Below, piece by piece: positions 17,688 to 25,393 of a stretch of 64,000 nucleotides of DNA (position 1 is the stretch's first letter; every line of letters starts with the position of its first letter). The position numbers and the translations under genes are program-made. Source of the stretch: Candidatus Tayloriibacteriota bacterium (lineage in GTDB: Bacteria; Patescibacteriota; Minisyncoccia; Phycocordibacterales; CAIRYW01); contig JAQBQZ010000012.1 of assembly GCA_028286725.1 (NCBI GenBank), positions 5,562-69,561 on the forward strand, in the 5' to 3' direction. The notes beneath the pieces were generated by a model. It was given only the letters and a program-made list of their open reading frames with translations. It ran no database searches and was not told the DNA's origin.

Positions 17688-18677
17688 ATGAAATCAAAAA
17701 TTAGCCACACACTTTCAAGTCCAAAAATAATTGTTCCTGTTGCAATAGTGGTAACCGTTGCACTAGCTCTTTTCATATACCCTATGGTTGGTAACGCTCC
17801 ACAAACAAACATCCAAGTTGGAAATGATCTCGGGGTGGTGCCAAACACAGATGGCACACTCAGTCTTTCATTCCCAAAAAGCGGACGTGTTGAATCAGTA
17901 ACAGTTAAAAATGGTACCAAAGTAACAAAAGGGCAAATAATCGCAACTCTTTCTGCTCCTGATGCAAAAGGACTTATCAACCAAACTAAAGGCGCGCTCA
18001 CACTTGCACAGGCACAATACGCTTCTCTTGATCTCACTTACGCAAATACAAAAAAGCAGCAAGATGCTCTTGTTGATGCTGCATACCAGACATTACTAAA
18101 GACAACACCTGAAGCGGTTGCGTTCGACACAAATACGAACCATCTCACCACTGCATATGAACTCCCAGTTATAAGTGGCAACTATTCACTTGGACAAGAG
18201 GGTACAATAACAATTAAGACATATGCTTCTGGTCGAGGAATGTCTTTTGATGCAACAGGCCTCGTCAAAGATGAGAACGCAATCACTGCAAATCCTGTAC
18301 CACTTGGCAACTCAGGACTTTCAATCCTATTCCCTGCAACGTTAACATCAGACCTTGTATGGACTATTTCAATTCCTAATATCCGAAGTGAAAATTACGC
18401 AGCAAATAAAAATGCTTATGATCTAGCGGTAGTAAACCGAGACAAAGTACTTTCTGAACTTATGCAAAACATTCAAGGTTCTGGAGGTAATGGAAGTGTG
18501 GCCAAAGCACAGGTAGATGCAGCAGAAGGCGCATATGAATCAGCGCTCGGAGCATATCAAAACAATGTCATAACAAGTCCAATTGATGGAACAGTAAGCT
18601 TCATTGATTCAGACCTTATGGTTGGTCAAACGATTGCTGCAGGTAAAACAATGATAAATATTATCCCAAATAAATAA
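17688..18677 (+). CDS. HlyD/EmrA-family membrane fusion (periplasmic adaptor) protein
   Basis: N-terminal TM, biotinyl-lipoyl-like hairpin SGRVESVTVKNGTKVTKGQIIATLSAP, then a long alpha-helical region. Confidence 0.6.
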   Translation: MKSKISHTLSSPKIIVPVAIVVTVALALFIYPMVGNAPQTNIQVGNDLGVVPNTDGTLSLSFPKSGRVESVTVKNGTKVTKGQIIATLSAPDAKGLINQTKGALTLAQAQYASLDLTYANTKKQQDALVDAAYQTLLKTTPEAVAFDTNTNHLTTAYELPVISGNYSLGQEGTITIKTYASGRGMSFDATGLVKDENAITANPVPLGNSGLSILFPATLTSDLVWTISIPNIRSENYAANKNAYDLAVVNRDKVLSELMQNIQGSGGNGSVAKAQVDAAEGAYESALGAYQNNVITSPIDGTVSFIDSDLMVGQTIAAGKTMINIIPNK

Positions 18678-18682
18678 TTTCT

Positions 18683-19318
18683 ATGGAAACACAAACAAAA
18701 CAAAGCACATTTAAAAAACCTTGGGTACAAAGTCTAATAGGAATACTTGTCTGCGCTGCAATTCTCGGCTCAATCATCGGGTATAAAATTGTATCAAACA
18801 AAATCAGTATCGACCTTGGTACAATCTCAGCACCAGTAATCACAATCAGTCCAGAACAGTCAGGCATACTTGATACTGTCTATGTAAATGCAGGTCAAGA
18901 AGTAACAGCAGGTCAGGCTCTCGCCCATATCGGTGGTGAAACACTTTATGCAAAGATTGCAGGAACAGTTCTCACAACAGAAAATGTTCCAGGTCAGATC
19001 TTCAATCCTAATCAAGCCGTCGTTACAATGATCGATCCGCAAGCTTTAAGAGTTGTCGGTACCATTGATGAAAACAAAGGACTATCAGACATCAAAGTTG
19101 GTGACGTTGCGTCATTTACAGTGGATGCATTCGGAAGTCAAAAATTTGCAGGAGTTGTAGAAGAAATAAGCCCTACTTCAAAAGATTCAGGAGTAGCATT
19201 TTCAATCTCGGACAAAAGAGAAGTCAGAAAATTCACTATTAAAATCAAATACGACAACAATGCTCATCCAGAATTCAAAAATGGAATGTCAGCAAAGATT
19301 GATGTATTTATAAAATAA
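18683..19318 (+). CDS. second HlyD/EmrA-family membrane fusion protein (short paralog)
   Basis: N-terminal TM and lipoyl-like motif TVYVNAGQEVTAGQALAHIGGE, then a beta-barrel-like C-terminus. Start is 5 nt after the previous stop. Confidence 0.6.
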   Translation: METQTKQSTFKKPWVQSLIGILVCAAILGSIIGYKIVSNKISIDLGTISAPVITISPEQSGILDTVYVNAGQEVTAGQALAHIGGETLYAKIAGTVLTTENVPGQIFNPNQAVVTMIDPQALRVVGTIDENKGLSDIKVGDVASFTVDAFGSQKFAGVVEEISPTSKDSGVAFSISDKREVRKFTIKIKYDNNAHPEFKNGMSAKIDVFIK

Positions 19319-19326
19319 ATTCTCAA

Positions 19327-20817
19327 ATGGAAGAAACCCAAGAACCAAAATCAAACCTGAAGTGGTGGATATTGTTCACCGTTATCATCGGTACTTTTCT
19401 TGGTCGTCTCGATCAGACGATTGTTAACCTTGCCCTACCAAAAATAATTGATGACTTCGGCATCAGTGTTTCAAGTGCGGGATGGATCGCAACGGCATAC
19501 ATTCTTGCAAACGCAATCTTCGTTCCTATCTGGGGAAAGCTCGGAGATACAATTGGCAGAAAAAAAGTATACCTTCTTGGATTTATTATATTTATTGCAG
19601 GCTCAGTGCTTGCAGGCCTTGCGTGGAACCTTACATCCATGATCATTTTCCGTGTCATACAAGCGATCGCAGGGTCAGCTGACTATCCGACAGCCATGGC
19701 AATCCTTGCAGTAACGTTCAAAGATAATAAGGAACGAGGACAAGCTCTCGGTATCTGGTCATCATCATTTGCAGCTGCATCCGTATTCGGCCCACTTCTT
19801 GGAGGACCGCTTATTGATAATTTTGGATGGAGATCTGTTTTTCTCATCAACCTTCCTGTTGGTCTCATTGGTACTTATCTTGCAATGAGATTTATCAGTG
19901 AATCAAAATCAGAAAAGAAGTCAGTTTTCTTTGACTGGTGGGGCGCAGGCACACTCGGCGCAGCCATGACCGCAATGGTGCTCGTACTCGACAAAGGGAG
20001 TGACTGGGGATGGACTTCACTTGCAAGTATAATCTGTTATATTGCGACAGTAGTTTTCTTCTGGGTCTTTGTCAAAATCGAAAACAGAGTTCCAGAACCT
20101 ATTGTTGATTTGAAATTCTTCAAAATCCCTGCATTCGTAAATACCCTCATAAACAACTTTATTATATTCATGGGAATGATGGGGGCTCTTTTCCTTATCC
20201 CTATTTTTGCCCAAAGTTTCCTCGGATATGATGCGACGCAATCAGGATATCTCTTTATGCCAATGGCAGCCATGTTTATGTTTGCTGTACCATTCGGTGG
20301 AATTATCCTAAATAAATTTGGTGCACGAAATACAATATTCGCAAGTACCTTTGTTGCAGGAATCGGGATCTATTTCTTCTCATGGCTTGATCCAAAATCA
20401 AGTGCGCTCGATATTGTTATTCCCCTTTGTATCATGGCATTTGGAATGGGATTTGGTATGGGACCGAGAACAAACATTATTGCAACAGTGGTGCCAAAAG
20501 AAGAGATCGGTGTTGCTTCATCGATCCTTGCGCTCGCCCGTAATCTTGCAGGAGCATTCGGTATTGCTCTCTTTGGAACACTTCTTAATAACAAAGTGGA
20601 ATCTTACATTCTTCATATCAATAGCCTAAGCACATTAAATAGCAGCAATCCATTAGACATTCAAAAATTTATCACTCTCATTGAACTTAAAGCGCAGATT
20701 GATGCATACGACTATGTGTTCATAGTCGCAAGTATCATTATCATCTTGGGATCATTTATGGTACTTCTTATGAAAGACAACAAACAAAAACTTGATGTCC
20801 AAGTACATGTCGAGTAA
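19327..20817 (+). CDS. MFS transporter, DHA2 (EmrB/QacA, 14-TMS) drug:H+ antiporter family
   Basis: 496 aa, about 14 hydrophobic segments, MFS motif A GRLGDTIGRKKVYLLG, positioned after two MFP genes and a MarR gene. Confidence 0.75.
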   Translation: MEETQEPKSNLKWWILFTVIIGTFLGRLDQTIVNLALPKIIDDFGISVSSAGWIATAYILANAIFVPIWGKLGDTIGRKKVYLLGFIIFIAGSVLAGLAWNLTSMIIFRVIQAIAGSADYPTAMAILAVTFKDNKERGQALGIWSSSFAAASVFGPLLGGPLIDNFGWRSVFLINLPVGLIGTYLAMRFISESKSEKKSVFFDWWGAGTLGAAMTAMVLVLDKGSDWGWTSLASIICYIATVVFFWVFVKIENRVPEPIVDLKFFKIPAFVNTLINNFIIFMGMMGALFLIPIFAQSFLGYDATQSGYLFMPMAAMFMFAVPFGGIILNKFGARNTIFASTFVAGIGIYFFSWLDPKSSALDIVIPLCIMAFGMGFGMGPRTNIIATVVPKEEIGVASSILALARNLAGAFGIALFGTLLNNKVESYILHINSLSTLNSSNPLDIQKFITLIELKAQIDAYDYVFIVASIIIILGSFMVLLMKDNKQKLDVQVHVE

Positions 20818-20832
20818 GGAACCAAATAAAAA

Positions 20833-20862
20833 TAATGCGAAGCCTTCGGCTTCGCATTATTT
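20833..20862. terminator. bidirectional terminator hairpin between the MFS gene (+) and nfi (-)
   Basis: aatgcgaagcc-ttcg-gcttcgcatt followed by tttt. Confidence 0.55.
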
Positions 20863-21548
20863 TAAATTTTACCTCCTGAATTTTCATTTAGAATTCGATG
20901 CCTATTCACCGCAAGATGAGCTTGTCTTGTCGGCTCAGGCAGACGATGTTTGCGCACGCATGATTTCAAAAGCTCAATTGATTCTTCAAGCGTAATTAAA
21001 TGCCCTGGAGAAATAAATACAGGCTTAACGCCCTTTTTCGTTCGGAGCGCTGCACCAATGATTTCTTTGTTATCCCAATTATCATAGAGATACGAGATTG
21101 ATCCTGGTGTATCTCCTGGTTCATCATAGACTCCCGTGAGCACACTCTTGGCACAGCCAACAGTTGGGATATTTAAAATAATTCCTAAATGAGTCGCAAT
21201 ACCAAGTCGTCTTGGATGAGCAATACCGATACCATCAACAATAAGCACATCTGGTTTTTTAGAAAGTTTTTCCCATGCATGGAGAAGCATTGGTATTTCA
21301 CGAAAAGAAAGAAGTCCTGGAATATACGGAAACTCAATTGGTCGCTTTACCACACTCTCATCAATAATTTCAAGACTGGGATACGAGAGTGTAACAAATC
21401 CTGCATATCCATCTTTTGCAAAAAGACTCATGCTCACATCTGCTCCACCAATTGTTCGTGGAGTTTTTTTGAGGGGAACAAGCTTTATCTCCTCCCTCAT
21501 TTTCTTTTGAAGTTCAATTGCTTCTTTAGGAGTTAGTTTCCAATTCAT
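20862..21548 (-). CDS. nfi: endonuclease V (deoxyinosine 3' endonuclease)
   Basis: GGADVSM..., PYIPGLLSFREIP, DGIGIAHPRRLGIATHLGI motifs typical of Nfi, 228 aa. Confidence 0.8.
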   Translation of the reverse strand: MNWKLTPKEAIELQKKMREEIKLVPLKKTPRTIGGADVSMSLFAKDGYAGFVTLSYPSLEIIDESVVKRPIEFPYIPGLLSFREIPMLLHAWEKLSKKPDVLIVDGIGIAHPRRLGIATHLGIILNIPTVGCAKSVLTGVYDEPGDTPGSISYLYDNWDNKEIIGAALRTKKGVKPVFISPGHLITLEESIELLKSCVRKHRLPEPTRQAHLAVNRHRILNENSGGKI

Positions 21549-21581
21549 ATATTTAATATTGCGTTTTAAGAAAAAATATAC

Positions 21582-22046
21582 TTAGATAACATCTTCCGGA
21601 TTCCCTTCTGCAATATCTTGCTCCTTCAAGACCTGAAACACACTCGATCGCATTCCAAGGAATCTTCCAAAGAGCGCGCCTGCAAGTATGCAGAGAGTAA
21701 ACACCGAAAGCTGTACACCATGTATCCAATGTCCAAATACCCATTCACGAGACATGTCGATTACAATAAAAAGCACAAGTGCGATCGCTCCTGCTGTATC
21801 CATTTTTGAGATCACTTTTTCTGTCTCTTTATGCCATGCAACACCCATAAGCCTCCCAAGAATGATGCCCACAACACTTCCAATACATACCCCAGCAAGA
21901 GCAAGAAGCCAAAAGATATTACCGATCCATACCTCTCTAATGATATAAAGCATGATTGCAATTGAAATAGCGAGAAATATATAAAGTCTCGTAAGAAGCT
22001 TTCTTTCAATATGTGGGTGTATATGATCGTCTCGTAGTTTTTCCAT
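21582..22046 (-). CDS. hypothetical integral membrane protein (4 TM)
   Basis: Hydrophobic segments only, no recognised motif. Confidence 0.4.
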   Translation of the reverse strand: MEKLRDDHIHPHIERKLLTRLYIFLAISIAIMLYIIREVWIGNIFWLLALAGVCIGSVVGIILGRLMGVAWHKETEKVISKMDTAGAIALVLFIVIDMSREWVFGHWIHGVQLSVFTLCILAGALFGRFLGMRSSVFQVLKEQDIAEGNPEDVI

Positions 22047-22153
22047 AATTAAGTAAGTTTTTGGTAAATATTAATATCATCAAAGTGGATGACGATTCAG
22101 GAGCGAAAATGTTCCCTCTTTCTTTGATCAATTTATTATACAGCAAAGACAGA

Positions 22154-23053
22154 TTAATCTTTATACTCAAACAACAGATACCCTCTCTCTTCGAGATATT
22201 CTTTAGTCACAGGATAAATCACAGGAGCAAAATTAGTAAAGAGTTTTTCTTCACCGATCTTCTCTCCTTTTATATACGAATCCCTATATATTTCATTATA
22301 TCTAAAATATCTTTCGTTTCTTTTGATAAAAGTGTGATTATTTTCTCGTAGGTGGAATTTCTTTTCTTGATGCCCTTCTGCCAAGACCTGTCCCTTGAGA
22401 GAAAGGTCTGTAAGCCATAGTCGAAGCTGTATAGGGCTCTTGGAAGTATTTTTAATTTTGAGATCAATAAAGTTATTGAGTATCGTTGCCCCGCTTCCAA
22501 ATGGCAATGTTCTGCCAGAGTCAGGAAAAGCATCAACAGAATGATGATATCTTTCTACTACAACCGAATCAGTATGCGACAAAATCCAAAAGAGAAAATT
22601 TGAAAGCTGGCAAAGACCGCCTCCAAAACCCCTCGACACCTTACCATTTGAAAGAAGCATACCTTCAACATAACCATATTTCTTTGTTGTACTTCCAATC
22701 ACATTAAAGAGTGAAAAGGTTTCCCCAGGTGGAATCACAATGCCGTTTAGTTTTGAGATCGCCTGTTTCAGATTTATTACTTTATTTTTCTGAAGTTCGG
22801 TATCACTGTCCCCCAGCTTTCGAAAAAGAGGACTTGAGTGTCGTGCGATCACAGAGGTAAGGAAAGTATCTTTCTGCTTTAGGTTTTTGAGTGTTAATTT
22901 ATTCTTCACTTTCCGAAGCGATCTTTTGGTAAAGATAATGGGTTTAAGCAGAATCGGAAATCGGCTTGAAAGTGCTTTTCTTTTTGGCCGCTCATATGCA
23001 GTTATATGCTTTTTAGCTATCTCATTCATGGGCAATTTTAAAGTACTTATCAT
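22154..23053 (-). CDS. VanW-like family protein
   Basis: GYVEGMLLSNGKVSRGFGGGLCQLSNFLFW resembles the VanW core (GGGxCQxS), 299 aa. Confidence 0.5.
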   Translation of the reverse strand: MISTLKLPMNEIAKKHITAYERPKRKALSSRFPILLKPIIFTKRSLRKVKNKLTLKNLKQKDTFLTSVIARHSSPLFRKLGDSDTELQKNKVINLKQAISKLNGIVIPPGETFSLFNVIGSTTKKYGYVEGMLLSNGKVSRGFGGGLCQLSNFLFWILSHTDSVVVERYHHSVDAFPDSGRTLPFGSGATILNNFIDLKIKNTSKSPIQLRLWLTDLSLKGQVLAEGHQEKKFHLRENNHTFIKRNERYFRYNEIYRDSYIKGEKIGEEKLFTNFAPVIYPVTKEYLEERGYLLFEYKD

Positions 23054-23059
23054 TTAAAA

Positions 23060-23296
23060 TTAAGATTTTTTCTTTTCGTCTCGAAGTACAATCATTTGTA
23101 TTGCTTTGTTTACTACCCTGGAATCTATGGGCGGCATAAATCTCGCCGCCTCTTTGGCAGAAGAATCAGGATGAGCTTTGAGAAAATCATGGAGCTCTAC
23201 AAGACCTTGAGCTTCCCGCTCGAGCTTTTGTTCTTCTGCGAGGTCGATGACGAGAGCAGGATGTGTGTTTTGGTTTTTTGGATCGAAGGGGTTCAT
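23060..23296 (-). CDS. hypothetical small protein
   Basis: 78-aa ORF immediately upstream of the VanW-like gene with a 6-nt spacer. Confidence 0.3.
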   Translation of the reverse strand: MNPFDPKNQNTHPALVIDLAEEQKLEREAQGLVELHDFLKAHPDSSAKEAARFMPPIDSRVVNKAIQMIVLRDEKKKS

Positions 23297-23339
23297 GGGG
23301 ATATTATAGAGATATTCACATCAAATAAATCACTATGCA

Positions 23340-23771
23340 TTAGCAAAAAACAATCTGAGATTTTTTTAGAATATAGCCCAAGAATAAAATCAGTAAAGTT
23401 GGGATAATAGAAAGCAATAAGGCACTGAGAACAAATATTATAATACTAGTAATAGATGCATGCTCAGGTATTGGAGCTTTTATAATTAAACTTATAAATG
23501 TTAAAAAGAATGACGTAAGATAATAGTATGAAAATAAACGAAAATTAAATGACTTTCTTTTGTGGAGAGAGTACAAAAGGACACTATCGACACATAGCAG
23601 AAGTCCCGCAATTAATACTGCCATCAATGAGTAGACATTGCTTCCGAGTATCAAAATTGAAGAAAGAGATGCAAAAATGGTAGCAATATCCTTCAAAATA
23701 CTAAATAGGAATATAACGAACAACAATACAAAACTTGACTTAATAACCCAATTTCTTTTTAAAAAATTCAT
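23340..23771 (-). CDS. hypothetical integral membrane protein
   Basis: 143 aa with four hydrophobic helices. Confidence 0.35.
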   Translation of the reverse strand: MNFLKRNWVIKSSFVLLFVIFLFSILKDIATIFASLSSILILGSNVYSLMAVLIAGLLLCVDSVLLYSLHKRKSFNFRLFSYYYLTSFFLTFISLIIKAPIPEHASITSIIIFVLSALLLSIIPTLLILFLGYILKKSQIVFC

Positions 23772-23831
23772 GGAATTAAATTAGTAATTAATATCCCATA
23801 GTATACAACACAACCACCGAACCTTCGACCA

Positions 23832-24167
23832 TTAAAACATTTTTGACCCGTTTGGAACCTTATGTGAAAGCATCGTTAGTACAATATCCCCATTCTGATC
23901 CGCAAACCCGGTTGTGAGAACCTCTGAGATAAATGGACCAATTTGTTTTGGTAGAAAATTCACCACACATACCACCTGCCTCCCCACCAATTCTTCTTTT
24001 GTATAATGTTTTACGATCTGAGCGCTCGATCTTTTGGTACCTTGTTCACCAAAATCGATAGTCAGTTTGTACGCTGGCTTTCGAGCTTCAGGAAAATCTT
24101 CGGAGATAATTATAGTCCCGACTCGAAGTTCCACTTTTTCAAAATCATTCCAAGATATTGTTTCCAT
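23832..24167 (-). CDS. tRNA-binding domain protein (CsaA/Trbp111/EMAP-like OB fold)
   Basis: VGTIIISEDFPEARKPAYKLTIDFGEQG...VVCVVNFLPKQIGPFISEVL matches the tRNA-binding OB-fold family, 111 aa. Confidence 0.7.
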   Translation of the reverse strand: METISWNDFEKVELRVGTIIISEDFPEARKPAYKLTIDFGEQGTKRSSAQIVKHYTKEELVGRQVVCVVNFLPKQIGPFISEVLTTGFADQNGDIVLTMLSHKVPNGSKMF

Positions 24168-24222
24168 AAGGAGATTTTATCATAAAAAATAAGTCCTGTA
24201 TTTCTACAGGACTTATCACTAA

Positions 24223-24987
24223 TTAAACAATCATAGTACCCACATCCTCTCCAGCAGCAAATCTAAGCAGAACATCTGGTTCAAGTCCTGCAATAGAAAC
24301 TTTCATACCTTTTTCAAAACACACAAAAGCCTCTTCGAGTTTGGGACCAATTCCTCCCGTGCCGTGATCCGACCTGCTTTCCGATACATCAATTTGTTTT
24401 AGTGTTTTCCTTCCAACAGTCTGATATCTCTTTGCAGAAATATCTTTCCTTGGATCTTTGTCGTAGACACCGCCAATATCAGTAAGAAACAGTATAGCGT
24501 CAGCACCAATCATCTCCGCTACCATTCGAGCCAACCTGTCGTTCTCACTGATGCCCGCCTCCATGGATTCAATCTCTCTTTGTGAGACAACGTCGTTTTC
24601 ATTCACAAGCGGAATTATTCCCGACTTGAAATATGAAAGAATACTTGTTCTGATACTTTCATATTCTTTTTTATGCACCCAATTTGTGTATGTGAGCCAT
24701 ATTTGTGCAACATCGAATCCATGATTCTCAAAAGAATTACCCCAGAGATTTAAAAGGTGTCTCGCTCCGATACCCGCCCATTCTTTTTTGGCGAGTTCTG
24801 GATTCTGACCAATGCGAGCTAACCGCTCTCTTCCCGCCTGGATTGCACCCGAGCTCACAAGCGCAACTTCGATTCCCTGTGATATAAGCTCTGCGACCTG
24901 CCGAGCAATGTCTGATGCTTTTGATGCATCAAGGCTGCCATCTGAAACCAAATTACCTGTACCGATTTTTACGACGACTCTTTTCAT
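24223..24987 (-). CDS. proB: amino-acid kinase family protein, glutamate 5-kinase-like (ProB without PUA domain)
   Basis: VVVKIGTGNL...VALVSSGAIQAG, NENDVVS, FLTDIGGVYDKDPRK, GTGGIGPKLEEA follow the ProB motif order. Confidence 0.6.
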   Translation of the reverse strand: MKRVVVKIGTGNLVSDGSLDASKASDIARQVAELISQGIEVALVSSGAIQAGRERLARIGQNPELAKKEWAGIGARHLLNLWGNSFENHGFDVAQIWLTYTNWVHKKEYESIRTSILSYFKSGIIPLVNENDVVSQREIESMEAGISENDRLARMVAEMIGADAILFLTDIGGVYDKDPRKDISAKRYQTVGRKTLKQIDVSESRSDHGTGGIGPKLEEAFVCFEKGMKVSIAGLEPDVLLRFAAGEDVGTMIV

Positions 24988-25097
24988 ATGATTATGTTTG
25001 ATTAATTGTTAAAGAACAAAAACACTCACAATGTGAGTGGCCCAGATACGTTCTGGTGGAAAATGTATTTATATATACAATCTTCCACCAACCAACA

Positions 25098-25125
25098 TAA
25101 AAGCCGCCCACTGAGGGCGGCTTTT
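25098..25125. terminator. terminator-like GC hairpin
   Basis: aaaagccgccc-actga-gggcggctttt. Confidence 0.5.
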
Positions 25126-25248
25126 AATTAATTAGAGAAAAAGAATTACCGCACCTCAATTAATGGGTGCTGGTGGAACGATATTGATTGTAATTCCTAT
25201 CGCTTTCATATGTTTAAGAATACTTTTATTTAAGAGGGTGTCAAGGAA

Positions 25249-25287
25249 GACGGAGAGAATTTCGAACCTTAGAGGTTCAGTGCGTCG
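25249..25287 (-). repeat. degenerate tRNA-Ser 3'-half-like fragment (candidate att-site remnant)
   Basis: gacggagagaatttcgaaccttagaggttcagtgcgtcg resembles the plus-strand image of the two tRNA-Ser 3' halves (tgcggagagagcgagattcgaac.. and tgcggagatggagggattcgaaccc..). Confidence 0.3.
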
Positions 25288-25328
25288 ATAGGATAATTTA
25301 TTTCGCGGATTAGTTTTTGGACACATAA

Positions 25329-25368
25329 TTAAGATAAAAGTTACACACAGGTGTAACTTTTATCTTAA
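25329..25368 (-). terminator. perfect 18-bp inverted repeat downstream of the 970-aa surface-protein gene
   Basis: ttaagataaaagttacac-acag-gtgtaacttttatcttaa. Confidence 0.5.
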
Positions 25369-25393
25369 GAACATTAGCTATTGATACTGTATT

